From: Ptychomitrium polyphyllum
Taxonomy: Eukaryota
Length of the DNA: 64,000 nt
Direction: 5' to 3'
NCBI GenBank assembly: GCA_973851085.1
Contig: OZ316776.1
Coordinates: 15,562,001 to 15,626,000, forward strand
The translations under genes were made by a program, and so were the position numbers. The notes beneath the pieces were generated by a model. It had not been told where the DNA came from and searched no databases. It worked only from the letters and a program-made list of their open reading frames with translations. How positions within the stretch are numbered: the stretch's first letter is position 1; every line of letters begins with the position of its first letter. This document shows positions 25,783 through 39,300 of the stretch, in pieces.

Positions 25783-28160
25783 TTTGGGTTTCCCCTTTAG
25801 CGTGATTGATTCTCTGGGACCTAGTGATGCCATAGCCATGGTCCCGATTCATTGTCTCCCTTGGACCCACCTCCCCACATGGCTACTGCTGTGCTGTGCT
25901 CTCTCGCCCTACTCTTCTGACTCACCAGTCGAAACTGAGTCGACAGGCAGCAGATCACCCTCGCCATTGCCATTAATTTCGCCCTCAGTACCACCCCGCA
26001 CTTCCTTAATTTCTGTGAGCATGACCGGCACTATGGTTCGGCCATGTTCCTCGAGGGCCCGTTTTTACATCCCCCAACTAAAGTAAAGCTTGGCAAACTT
26101 TGTCAAGCTTGGGGCCACCGAAACATTCTTTAGCAGTTTAGCAGTTGGGGTGGGTCACCCCTCACCGAGCAGTACCCATGATTGCGAGATCGATTATTAT
26201 TAAGAGATCACTCAAAGTATTTGAAAATAGAATGCGGTTACAACTCTCAAGAAGAAAATAATTTCGAGGCAATTTAAAACGGATTGTTTGCACACTATAT
26301 AAATAACTTATGATTATTTTTTAAAATTAAATCTTAAAGTTTAGCCTCTATTTCCATGCTTGCTAAGGGTTGTCATGACGTTTTGTTAAATTTCCAAAGC
26401 TAAAGTATAAATGTAGATTTCATCCTAGTTTATCAAGTAAAAGAATTATAATGAATCTATTCCATCCATGTAAAGTGTATTCTTTTAAATTAAAGATTTG
26501 ATTCAAAAACAACATGTACACATTTATGATCATATTAATTGTCATTGGAAATTATATATCTACTAAACCAAATCAGCATCCTAATGTAGTTTCAATGAAA
26601 GATAATATAAGTGGCAATAGTATAATTTGTATTAATCGTTAGTCATATCTTATATGTTCCAACTTTTGGCCAAAGATACTTCCAAATTTTGAGATTATTG
26701 AAGTAAAGGAGCAAAGCCACAAATCACATTTCACTTAGAACATTAGTTATAAATTTTGACCAAAAAACATGGATGAAAGTATTGAAAAATAATGATTTAT
26801 ACATATGGATAAATGAAATCATATAAAGGTGGATGATTAGGTTTTTTGGAATAAATTAATATGTTAATAAGAAAAATTACAAAATTCATTTTTTCCAACA
26901 ATTTCTAATTTGATATTATGTTAATATACAATAGTTTTGGTGTGCCTATTTCATTATATTCTTTTCTATGGTTACATGATTTTTATTAAAGATAAATAAT
27001 GCTTTTCATCTAAACTTTCTTAGAACAAGTCATACATTCAAATATATTTATTTTACTCAAAACATGTCTTATAGTGTAATAACTTGTTAGTATAGTTTAT
27101 TAATCAAATGCATAACACATTCCAAATAAGAAGTTTAATAAATAATAGTAAATGGCCACACCTTACTTAAAGTTACCAACCACTTGTTTAAGTCCCTTTA
27201 ATGGCCATTGTTACAAATATATATTAGAGACTTCTAGAAGAATTTAAAAGATTTAAATTGATTTCTAAAGATCTAAGCATCTCCAAGAAATTGTTAAAGA
27301 AGCTACATTAATCTTAGAATGTTCCACAAGTCAAGGAAAGCTTCCAAACAATCAACCTAAAGTTACTTGAATATAAAGCGTTGCATTACTACCTTCTTAA
27401 GAAGCTTCCAAAGGATTCTATATCTAGTACATATAGGAGTTTAATATTAGTTTAATATTAATTTTATATCTAATATTAAATTAATATTAATCTATCTATA
27501 TATAGCATATATAAATTAATATTAATTTTCATTTCAAATTCTTAATAAGTCGTGTTTATATATAATTTTTTTTGGTACCATTCTTTATTAATGTGGTTGA
27601 AGGTGAAGAAGTCACCATGTCAAATGCAAATTTGACTTCAATCATAAATGCTCTTAAAGCCCTAAAGATCACAGCGGATACAATATCAAAGTATTAAAGC
27701 ATAATGAAAAGTTGTATTTGGCATTCTATGGCAACCAAAGGCTAATAACATCTCAACAAGCACAATAAATGGTATTACTAAGGAATTAATTATTGATCAA
27801 TAATTTGAATTGATAACTCTTTTTAAATTAATATAACCCAATAATTGGCAGCTGTTAAGATTGAATTACTTGTATAGTTTATAATTAAACCTAGGATAGT
27901 ATACATAATAAATAAAAGATGTCTTAAAGACAACATGTAGTTTTTATTTGTTAACTCTTTTATATGAATTTTTAAACTTTTTTTATATATACTTTTGCTA
28001 ATAGAATTTTCTTGCATCATCTTCAATACTTTTTCTTTGTTGAAACTAATATTGAATGGAAGTCAAAGTCTAGTTTAGATCTAAGAATTGGTTTTAAAGA
28101 TTATTGAGTATATGTTAGGTGAAAACCACTATTTTAAACAATTAAGTGATGCCTAGTAAG

Positions 28161-28837
28161 TGTTAGGAACACAAGAAACAAGAAGCAGAAACAAAGTGTT
28201 TCCCAAGAATTAGCTTTTAAAGAGCTAATGATTAACAAGAACTTGATACAAAGACTAGAACAAAGCAAGATTCAAGATGATCTACAACTTGTATTGGCAA
28301 GATTAAAGAATACCTTATCTTTCCTTTTATTTATACTATGACGTTTGTATCTCTTAGGATACTTCTAAAGAAGCTTCCTATATGGCTTAAGAATGTTCTA
28401 AAAGTCTTGGAAATCTTCCCAAGAAGTTTTTTAAGATATTGGAACTTTCCTGAGAAGCTTTATAAGGAGTTGGAAGCTTCCATGGAAGCTTCTTAAGATG
28501 TTGGAATCTTCATTGGAAGTTTCCTAAAGTAGCAAAACTTCCTTAGGAAGTTCTCTAAAGAGGTAGAACCTTTCTAGGAAATTTCCTGAGATAGTGGAAC
28601 TTTCCTAAGATGTTTCATAAGGTGATAGAATCTTCGTAGGAACTTTCCTAAGAAATTACCTAAGATGATGGAACCTTCTTAGGATGTTTCCTAAGATGCA
28701 GGAACTTTCCTAAGAAGCTTCTTAAAAACATGGAAAGGCTATAGAGACATTTAAAAGTATTATAAGAAGTTATTATAGTATACTATAAGATTTTAGAATG
28801 TTCTAAGGATTATGTTGCATGATCTATGTTTGTGACA
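28161..28837 (-). mobile_element. Solo LTR nested in the gag region of copy A
   Basis: Ends TGTTAG...TGTGACA, flanked by a perfect 5-bp target-site duplication GTAAG (28156-28160 and 28838-28842). Internal degenerate GGAACTTTCCTAAGAAGCTTC-like repeats resemble the + strand of the copy B LTRs, which sets the orientation. Confidence 0.88.
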
Positions 28838-31800
28838 GTAAGGTTACTAAGTAATAGAATGACCAATTGGCGGGAAAATACTTGAAGGAATATTTTTCCA
28901 TATTTAACAGGTCCTTGAAGCGTCTATGTCACATACATCAATATTTATTCAAATAAAAGCAAATAGACCAGTCATTCAAAGTAGCAATCCATTAATTAAA
29001 GAGCCAAAGATTAGCCTTTAAAGAAGTTTGATAGTATGCATTTAAAATTTTAAGGCTTTGTAAATCAAGTGCAATTTATTACCTTCTTCCAACCTTAATG
29101 ATATTTGACAAATGCATCAAGTGTTGGATTAGTAAAAACTTTGTTCTTGAAACAATCTTTGTTTTAATTAATCTCACTCATTGAGTAGGATTTTTCCACC
29201 TTAACCGAAGTTGATGTTTTTTTAGAACCATTTGCAAAAGCATTTAGTGGCTCAAACTAGATTTATTTAGCAACAATTCAAATTTAAGCCTTACAACAAG
29301 GAATACATTTAACATCAACATATACATAAAACCTTTGTTAACTTTCTTATGATATCAATTAAATTAAAGATGCTCTAATTATTCAATTTCATCTAGAATT
29401 AAAAGACAATGTGAAAGACCTACTATTGTCAATGCTTAACCTTCAATATCTTAATGAAGTAATTAGTTAAGCAATGAGATGCATCAATTGGTTGTTTTAA
29501 TACCAATAAGATAGGCGCTCTTCAACCGTACCGCAATATTACATCAATTACTTGGTAGCTTTTAAGATTGTCTAATTCCATTATGCAAATGGTCGCCAAA
29601 GATATGCACATTAATGCAATTTTACTTTGAACTTCTTTCAAAACAAGAAAAAAAAATATCGTTGCAAAGAAGGCTTATGCTTGTGTTATGGAAAGTTTCA
29701 CCATAAAAAAAAATGGATGTATCAATTTAAAAGAGCATCTACATCAATTAATGTGATGTTGGAAAACAAGGGTTTTTAACCACAAAAGGAACCTTGTAAT
29801 TGGACTCTTCTACGTCACTAGCCAAAAAAGGTCTAATACTCTCCGCCAATTTTTTTTGTTGTTATATTATACAAATGTATTTTGGTTCTAAAATTTAGAA
29901 TGTAACACACTATTAGATTTGGAAGCTTCAACATATATTATTAAAAAGGATTTTGTAGATTACAAAAAACTCCTACAATTCAAAAGGGTAAAGTTGTACA
30001 TGTAGAGGTTATAAATGATCAATTCATTTCTTTTAAAGATGTTACACATGAGACAACCTTGCTAGTAGTAACATTTGACAACCATAGTAGCCAGGTAGTA
30101 GTCAATATCATTGGATCGCCATAAAATCTAATCAATTTAGAACTTATATAGCTTAAAAGATAAATCCACAAATAGATTAGGCATCTTATAAGATAACGTT
30201 TTTTAGATCAAAGCTTGTTGTTATGGAGCCAATGAATGAACATTTCATGCTTCAAAAGTCAAAGAGAAGAAGATTGTTGTTCATTGGAATAAGAGCATTT
30301 AAAAGGGCCACTAAATAAAAGACCTTATTTATTATATATGCAATTGAAACATTTGAACTAGTGATTATTCCAATAATAATTCCAAAGGAGTATAGGAACT
30401 TTCAAAACGTCTCTTAAAAGAAAAATGCAGATATCTTGCTAAAACATCACTTCTACAACAATTGTTACTTTGATCTTTAAGATGGAGCCCAACCACCATT
30501 TGAACTAATGTATAATTTATTTCAAAACAAGCTTTTGGCCTTGAAGGAATACATTGATGAAAATCTAAACAATAATTTCTTTTAATATTAAAAGTTTCTT
30601 GTTAAAGCTCTAGTACTCTTTGTAAAGAGAAAAGATGGATCCTTAAGGATTGACTATTGCAACCTTAATAAAGTGACGGTGAAGAATCAATATGCATTGC
30701 CATTAATATTGAAATCCTTGATCAATTTGGTTAAGTAAAGATTTATATTAAAATACATTCAAAGAGCCTACAATTTTATGTGCATCAAAGACAAAGACAA
30801 ATGGAAGATGATATTTTAAACAAGGTATAGACAATTTTAATACAATACCATGCCTTTTGAACTTACCAATGCTTTAGCTATATTTCAACATGTAATGAAC
30901 AATATATTTAGCAAGTACCTTGATGACATCATATATGTTATTTGGATGACATCTTAATTTCTTTAAAGATTTCAAAGAACTTAAATGACATATCTGGCTT
31001 GATTTGCAAAAATTATGAGATGTTGGATTGTAAGCCAAATTGGAGAAGTATATATTCCATGAGCTTCAAATAAATTTCTTTGGATATATAATTTCCAAAG
31101 GCGGCCTATTCATGGATCCAAAAAAAGCTAATGCTATTAATGCTTGCACAATATCTGATAAACAGCGTTTAATATTTTTTAGGATTTGTAAACTTATATA
31201 GGATCTTTACAAAGGACTATTTTGGAATAGTTACTTTACTTATCCAATTAATATGCAAGAAAAAATAGAGTGGAGAATTGAAGCACAAAAAGTTTATCAA
31301 AATTTGAAAACAACTATTTTTATTGCTTCCATTTTTATACATCTAGATTTTGATAAATAACTCTTCATGAAGACCAATGCCTTGGACTTTGTTTTGAAAA
31401 AAATCTTATTATAACTAAAAGCAAAAATAAATTTTTATTTAATTGCCTTTCACTCCAAAAAATTCTTAGCTGCAAAAGTTCAGTTGTGAAAATCTATAAT
31501 AAAGAGCTCTTTGCCATTATAGACTATTTCCAAGAATGACAAAACTTATTTAAGGATGCAATTCATTTAATGATTGTATATATAAATTACAAGAACCTTA
31601 AGTATTTCATGTCAGTCCATATTCTAAATTGTCATTAAGTTTGTTGGAATATGTTTCTATCTCATTTTGATTTTAGCATCACATATTGTTCTAGAAAAAA
31701 CAAAGATTATCAAATGCATTATTAAAGCAATTATACCTAGTGCCAAATAAAGAAAAAATTAGAAAAAAAATGATACTTTTGAAATGTAAGCCATTTTGTC

Positions 31801-33010
31801 TTTGAGCAACCACTATTGCAATGTCAATGGATTCATCATTAATTTATTGAATATCAGATTTTTTTAATGCCATCTTTGTGATTGTTAATTGGTTCTTCAA
31901 AATGGCACATTTTATACCTTGTAAGAAGTTATCATAGAAAAAAGGACAATGAAACTCTTTATGGATAATGTCTACTACTATTGAAGATTGCCAAACAAAG
32001 TTATATCAAATTGCAAGCCACAATTTGTATTGAAGTTGTAGAAGTTCCTCTTTGAGATTGTTAAAGTTGACATTAGACTTTCATCTCTAAATCAATGGCA
32101 AAACAAAGCAAGTCAATTGATTTTTGGAATAACATTTGAAATACACAATCAACTATTAATAAATGTTTGGACATTCTATTTATCTTTGGCAGAGTTTACG
32201 CGTCCATTCAACAAATGCCATCATATTCCAACTATGGACATCATCCAAAGTTGGACATGCTACAACTTTCTAGATTTAAACATCTAGGAGCAAAGAAATT
32301 GCTATAAGAATGGTAGCTTTAGATAACTATAAAGACTCAATTAGAAGAAGCTCAAGAACAATACAAGGCGGCAACAAGGAACAACCTTTGTTTTAGTTGG
32401 TAATAAAGTTTGGTTCTTTTAATGCAATATAAAGACCAACAATCCAAATGACAATTTGAACTATTAGAAGTTGGGACAATTTGCAATCCATAAAAAAATC
32501 AATCACATGGTTTATTGCTCAAAATTACCACCATTAATGAAGGTAAATCCAATTTTCTACATTTCGTTTTTGAAGGCCTATAAGGAACTAGCTATACTTT
32601 AATAAAAACAACTACCATCTTTTTTTTATAGAAATTGATGATCATTATGAATAGAAGTGAAAGAAATAGTAGATTTATAGATAAAATGTGGTAAATTGGA
32701 ATATTTAGTTAATTGGTACAAATATGAAACTCATAAATACCCATGGAAGCCAATTAGTTATCTTGCCAATTTATTTATCAGAATTTGCAAAATCTATTGA
32801 CAACATCCATCCAAATAAAAAGCAACAACATGGAGAATAGTGGCCTAATAATATTGAATAATCATGAATAATTTTGATTCTAAAGTTCTTTAAAAAAAAA
32901 CGAAGCACTTTTAAAACAAAAGAATTTTAAATCCTTTATATGACATAGAATTCATTCCTTTGTACTTTGAATTAATTGAAGTACGTTGAAATTAGTTCAA
33001 TATTTTAAAC

Positions 33011-33380
33011 ATGGACAATGAAGATGTTGACTCCATGCTAATCATATAGTTCCAATTAAGTAGCATTATTGACAACCTTAATGCAAAGAATAAATTGGAC
33101 CAAGATGAGGTCAAAGGATGTTCAATAATAGATTGTTGATTTATGCCTTTGAAGTAGAATATTCTTTAAGATATTGTATAGGAATCATGTTTAAAGGACA
33201 TTTTTATAATAAAGATACAATTTTTTTTGTTTGGTTTCAAACAGAAGGCTTTAGTAAGTACAAAGAAGTGCAAGGATCCATGAATCATTTGGCCTATAAA
33301 ATACAATTGGAATATACTATAAACACCATGCAATCAATATTTTATTTTCTATGCTTCTAAGCATCTATTGCAACATATTT
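33011..33380 (+). pseudogene. Extra ORF relic (post-pol ORF3) of retroelement copy A
   Basis: Begins MDNEDVDSM at 33011 and includes ORF 33118-33360. Aligns without gaps to the same region of copy B. Confidence 0.65.
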
Positions 33381-36300
33381 TTTAGTAACCTCAAAACTAA
33401 AAGAGAAAATGATGTCATGAAAATATATTAGAGGCTTCCAAAAAGACCAAGAATATCCAGAGAGGTCTAAGAAGGTCCTTATAAGAATTAAGGAGGTTGA
33501 AGAAGTTCCTCAAAAAGCTACATTAATCTTAGAATGTTTCAACTAATCAAAAAAAGCTTATAAATAATCAACATGAGGTTGCTTGAATACAAAATGTCAT
33601 ATTGGTAGCTTCTTGAAAAGCTTCCAAGGAATTCTAGATCTAATATATATATGACACGAGATTGAAGAGAATTTAAGACTTGACAATGCATCATGACGAT
33701 GCATCTTCTGTGCTTTAACTTAAACAGCTCATCCTGATACCTTGTCATAATTCATGATTCTTGATATTAAATCCAATTATAGCATTTCTTTTTGGTCTGT
33801 AATAGCTATTATCAAGTAAAATCTATCGGATTGTAAAAAATATTTATCAATATTGGGGACTTTGGAACTAAATTTATTAATTTAACTAAACTAGATTATA
33901 TTTAGAAAAAGATTAAAGAATATATTCATCATTTGAAATTATAGTTCCATTTTTAAGACCTTGTTTTATTGAAGAATGAAGGAATTTATTCACTATACCA
34001 CCAAATTAGATTCATGACTGCATTCACTACCAAGTATTCTTTTTATCATTTATTAATAATTCCTATTTTCTAAGATAAAATTTTATAGCTTCAATTGCTA
34101 AAGATTCTTATGTTTAAGTTTGAAATTAGAGTCAATTAATAATAACACTCCTAAAAGATGATCTATTCCACTTATAAAGTATTCTTTTCCATTTTTATAT
34201 CATTTCTCTGACAATAGAAAATCAAATTTGATTAGAGCCATTTTTTAAATGAATTTAATACTACCTTTAAGATAATAAATAAGTTTGATATTAGTAAAGA
34301 AGCATGGTAAAGTGAGCAATTTAATGATTATTTTGTGTATTTTCTAACAAAACAAAGGTGTAAGAAAAAATCTAAAATCTTGATAAAAATGCTGCATAAA
34401 ATGGTTTTAGCTGATATTTTGTATTATAGATTTAATTATTACCAAAGCATTCTAAAACAATTGAATATGTTTAAATTAGTTGTGGAAAGGATTTAAATAA
34501 TGATTTTAAAGTAATTTATAAATACAAAATTTATTGTTTGAACATTCCATTGCTTTCTAACATTTTAGAATTTATTTTTATAATATTAAGTTTGCAAAAA
34601 TTATCCATTATAAAGATATCAAAAGATGGTTTATTTTTGTCTTTATTTCTTTTAATTTTAGCAAAAATTCATAACATATTTCAAAACTTGGAAATAATAC
34701 TATAAATAATATTATATAAGAATCAATACATTTCTTGTATTTTGATAACATATTATTGCTTATTCTAATAGCTATACAAGTTGTCTAAAAACAATTGGAG
34801 TAACTTTTGTATGTTGTTGTTTTATAAAGCAATTTTTTTTCATTTCTACAAATTATTTAAATTACTTCCAAAAATTTCAATGCTTCTTCTTTCAATATAA
34901 AAGGCCTTTTATTCAACATCCTAATCCAACATGCTAGGACAATTTTTTAAGTTGGTGGATGGTGATTGATAATGACATTTTTTGTTAAATAAATTATGAG
35001 TATATTAATAGTGTAGATGTAAATTAATATGTATTTTCAAATTCATGGATGTTAATTATAGTGGTTTTTTGATTCAAGCACTTTTGTAACATTTTGGCAT
35101 TTAATGTGAAATCTAATTAATATTCATTATAGATTTTAATATAATAATGTAGTATATGTAATACAAATGTACTTCTTGTTTTAGAAGATGGAAATTTTAT
35201 TATATTACATGTTATAAAAAAAAAAAGACTATACTATACTTTATACTCTAGATTTATATAAATTATTATAGAAAAGTAATTTGTATCATGCATCATGTCA
35301 CAACCAATTTTTTAAAAATGAAAGCTAAAATTAAATTAACACTATTGTTTTAAAATACAAAATTCAATCAATCTTATCTTTTCAAATATTTTAAATCATT
35401 TTTTGTCTATTTTATAATACCTAACCAACATCTTCTTCACATTCACTAAAAAATATGGATTTTTTTATAGTATTATAAATTATCAAAAATATTTTAAAAA
35501 CATGTTTTAAAAAATATTTGAATATTTGATTAGTTAATAAGTTTTTAGGATTCAATAATAAAATTAGATGAAATAAAATTGTTAAAAGCATAAATAAAAT
35601 ATTAAACAAAAACCAGTAAAAATGTAAATTTCAAAGTCTAAATGTAAATTTTTAAGCTAAAAGAAGTCCAAATATAAACCATTAAACAAAATCCACGTCA
35701 AGATAAGAGTTTTGTGCCAATATTTTGATCCATAAATAGAGATTTCAAGATATTTTAGCCTATGTATTTTCAATTAAATTAAGAAATTCAAATCTCTTCA
35801 AACATTCCAATATAAATTGAATTTTTGTTAATAATGTACATCTAATGGATTATGTTTTTAAAAATAAAAATTACATCATACATTTTGTATTTTAGAATCT
35901 TACATTCTTAAAGTCAATAGTTCAATTTTGAATTTTAAAATTGATATTTTACTATCATTTTTTTATTCAATCCTTCATCTTGTTTTAATTTAATCAATAA
36001 AGTTATTCAAAACATGACTTTTTGGTTTATCTACATAATACAAAAAAAAATCTTATAACCTTGTATTGTTTATTTATATGCACATATTAGACTTAATTTT
36101 ACTTTTATTATTATTCTTTAACTCTTTTATATACATACTTATTTTAATACTATTTTTTAATCTTCTTTTAAAATTGACTTTTTAATTTTTTTTTCTATTC
36201 TTATAGGATTACAATTGTACATAAAGCTGTATTAAATACCATCACATAGAAGATGGCTATCTTACTTGTTTCAAATCATTTCAATTTTATCTTATCTATC

Positions 36301-39300
36301 AACCTACAACAATGAAAAACACTTGTTTTTTTTGTTTATAAATTCTCAAAAGACCTCTATCTTATAATATTGTGTGTTTTATTCCTTTGAATGCAATATT
36401 ACACAAAACTTAAACTTTTCAACTCATACTCATTTTATGAACAGTGATAATTTATACTTCAAATTTTAGAAGATCTTTGTGCATCAAATGATTGAAATTC
36501 ATGCTCAATGTTGTTGAATTTTACTCCACAGTAGTTTGTAATTTGAATCATGATCAAACTAGGTGGTTTCATCCTATTGCAGTAGTTATCTTCTACATAC
36601 TTGCATGTAATCCATATACCTAAAAGCAAATTCTCATTTGCAAAGTAGCAAGCAAAGTAACAAGCAGAGTAGCAAGCAAAGCAACAAAGTTAAATACTTC
36701 ACAGATATTAGGATTGCATTGCAAAGCACTCATGGTTGCATCCATAAATTCCTCATCTTCACTTCATCTTTTCACTATTTTTCATTACCTTGTAGCACTC
36801 ATTTTTTTGCAGGGACCCACAAGTCAATTGTTAACAACACCATTATATAGGCAATGGAGCTCAAATTGTCAACAACATTGCTAATGCACATAGGTTGCGG
36901 TGGAGAGATTGGGGTAGATGTAACTAGGATAGTGATTGGAATGAAGGCAGCAATAACTAGTGGAAAGTTAAAGGCAAATAGATATTGTTGTTGTGTAAGT
37001 ATAATGACCACATTTGTCTCAATTTGTTATGAGTTTCCAGAATGTTTTCCTATTAGATTGCAACAAACAAGTGCTATTGCATTGCAACTTTGTGACTTAA
37101 TCATTTTGATTTCACATTCATTATGCTCTCATTCATTGTATTCCATTGCATAGCAACTGGCTCCATTCTAGTTAATAATACATGAAAAGAAATCTTAAAG
37201 AATATTGGCTTTTTATTGGTTCATACAAACAAATGACTTTTATCTGAGAAGTGATGGAAGTAGTAACAAAAAATTATTAAGAATAATCAATTTTTGAATA
37301 ATAAAAAGATTTATTATCTCAAAAAATTCATATCAATACAACAAGAAGTAAGAAATTAGTATTTTAATGACAAAGTGTGATTTTCTCTTCTTTTTTGTTT
37401 GCTCTATTTCTAACTTTGTAAGATTTTCCAAATTTTAAAATAATTCATTTACCAAATCACTTTCTATAGTTGACACATTCATAAATTTAAAACAACTTTT
37501 TAACAACTTTGGATTTTTTTCTTAGTCTTGTTATTAAATTTATTTAATGACAAAGTCCAGTAAACATATTTTAATATGTATGAGGATTACTCTCTAATGA
37601 AGGTAATACTCCTAAATCATCTACTTACATTTTGTACACATGAACATGAAACATTGTAGAAATAAGCTTTTGTTTCTCATCAACCTTTCATTAATCCAAA
37701 TTACTCCCTTTCTTTTCCCACAATACAGGAGGAGAAACGTGAAAAGGAAAAAGAAGACAAGTATAATTTTGGAGAAGCTGTAGAACTTATTTATTTATTT
37801 TAAGGTTTCTTCTAAATCTAAGTATAAAATACTGGAAATAGTGGAACTTGATAATTGTGGCGAGATTCAGAAAAGCAAAAAGAACCCAATGCTGCATTGC
37901 ATTAAAAGAAAAGCTACGTGATAAAAAAATCAAAAAAGCAAAGGCCTTATGTTTGTTATAAAAATAACAGTTTTTGGAAGCCGTGGTGTTTAGAAGTGGT
38001 TTAAGTTATGAAGGAATCATGAAATAGAAGTATCCTTTTGAAACAACGATGATAGAAACACTAATCAATATTAAATTGTCCAAAAGAAAGACATAAGAGA
38101 AAAAAAATACAATACAATTGATCCTCCATAAATTTTAGGCCTCAAGAGCAAAAAATAGACAATATTTAATGAAGTAACAAATAAACAAACATATAACAAA
38201 TAAAGAGGGTCATTTTAAAAAAAATCAAATTTATATAGATAACATTAATTAAAGGCGAAAGTTGCAAAGATAACATTTATCAATAATGAGAGGTGCATAT
38301 GGAGTAACATAATTTTTTTTAAAACTACTACATTAGTGAATACACTATTGGAAAATACTTACCAATGATGTTTTGGTAAATGTACTAAATTTGAAGTTTT
38401 GCTAAATCCTTTTCTATAGATATTAGATTGAAACTACAATGATCAATTGTTATGGAACTTTGTTTAAGATAAATGTGAAGAACCTAAATTCTGACCAAAG
38501 CAATTTTCATGTAATTGCACATACAAATAATTATTTGTACAAAATACATTCTAATAGAAATATTATATATTAGTATAAATAAAAAAATAACATTTATCAA
38601 GGGTGGATTTACAAAATAGAGAGAATAAATTTATTAAAGTTATGTAAATTCTAACATATAATATTTGTAAGTATATTTTTTTCAAGAGTGTCAAAAAGAT
38701 AACAATTATAGATTTATAACCTTTAAAGAAGTAGTATTTAAGAAAGGTCAACTATATGAAAAACAAACTAGTCCTATTTAATTGAATTAATCAAACAATT
38801 GTGATTCCAAATATTGAGATACAAATTCTAGTGCTCTGAGATAATAGATTTTTCTATATAGTCTTAGTGCTGAAATTTTCAAAGCAAGTGCCAATTGCAA
38901 AAATGTGTGTGATGATATAAGATTGAAAAATAATTATTTGGCATTTTAACATTTTTATTTTCATGGATTTCAAAACATTGATACATTTTTTGTCACGTAG
39001 AAAACTGATGCACTCCACTTAGTCTTGCCCTCCCATATCTTATGAACCAATTTTTATTGATAAAAGTGGATGTAGCAGGACTTCCAACCTTCATTCAAAT
39101 TCATCCATATGGATTCGTCTTTTGGAATTTCGTAATACTTGGCGCAAAATGAATGTTTGCAAAGCTTTTGAGATTTATTGCAAAGACACTTTGAAAAATG
39201 CTTAAGGAAAAAATGACGTTGTGTTTCAAATTTATGTTAAATAAAAGGTATATTTTCTAACAGTCCAAAATATTTGGATGTGTTTTGTTAACAAAGTATT

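Larger units (their letters stand above)
27209..33810 (+). mobile_element. Heavily degenerated Ty3/gypsy chromovirus LTR retrotransposon (copy A)
   Basis: Related LTR sequence starts at TG 27209 (truncated ~27440) and TG 33413; both share AAGCTACATTAATCTTAGAATGTT. Purine tract at 33399-33412. Relics of gag (~27600, 29000-29760), protease, RT (YLDD at ~30939), RNase H, integrase and chromodomain (~32650-32810) are collinear with copy B. Many stops and frameshifts. The right end is approximate. Confidence 0.88.

Noticed and set aside
25211..26086. Overlapping ORFs upstream of CSLC, including one with AWLAWL repeats
   Set aside because: Explained by GC-rich promoter/UTR sequence and a 9-bp repeat. 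No domain or splice support.
28390..28730. Regularly spaced repeats that superficially resemble a CRISPR array
   Set aside because: Degenerate internal repeats of a solo LTR, with no unique spacers and no cas genes, in eukaryotic DNA.
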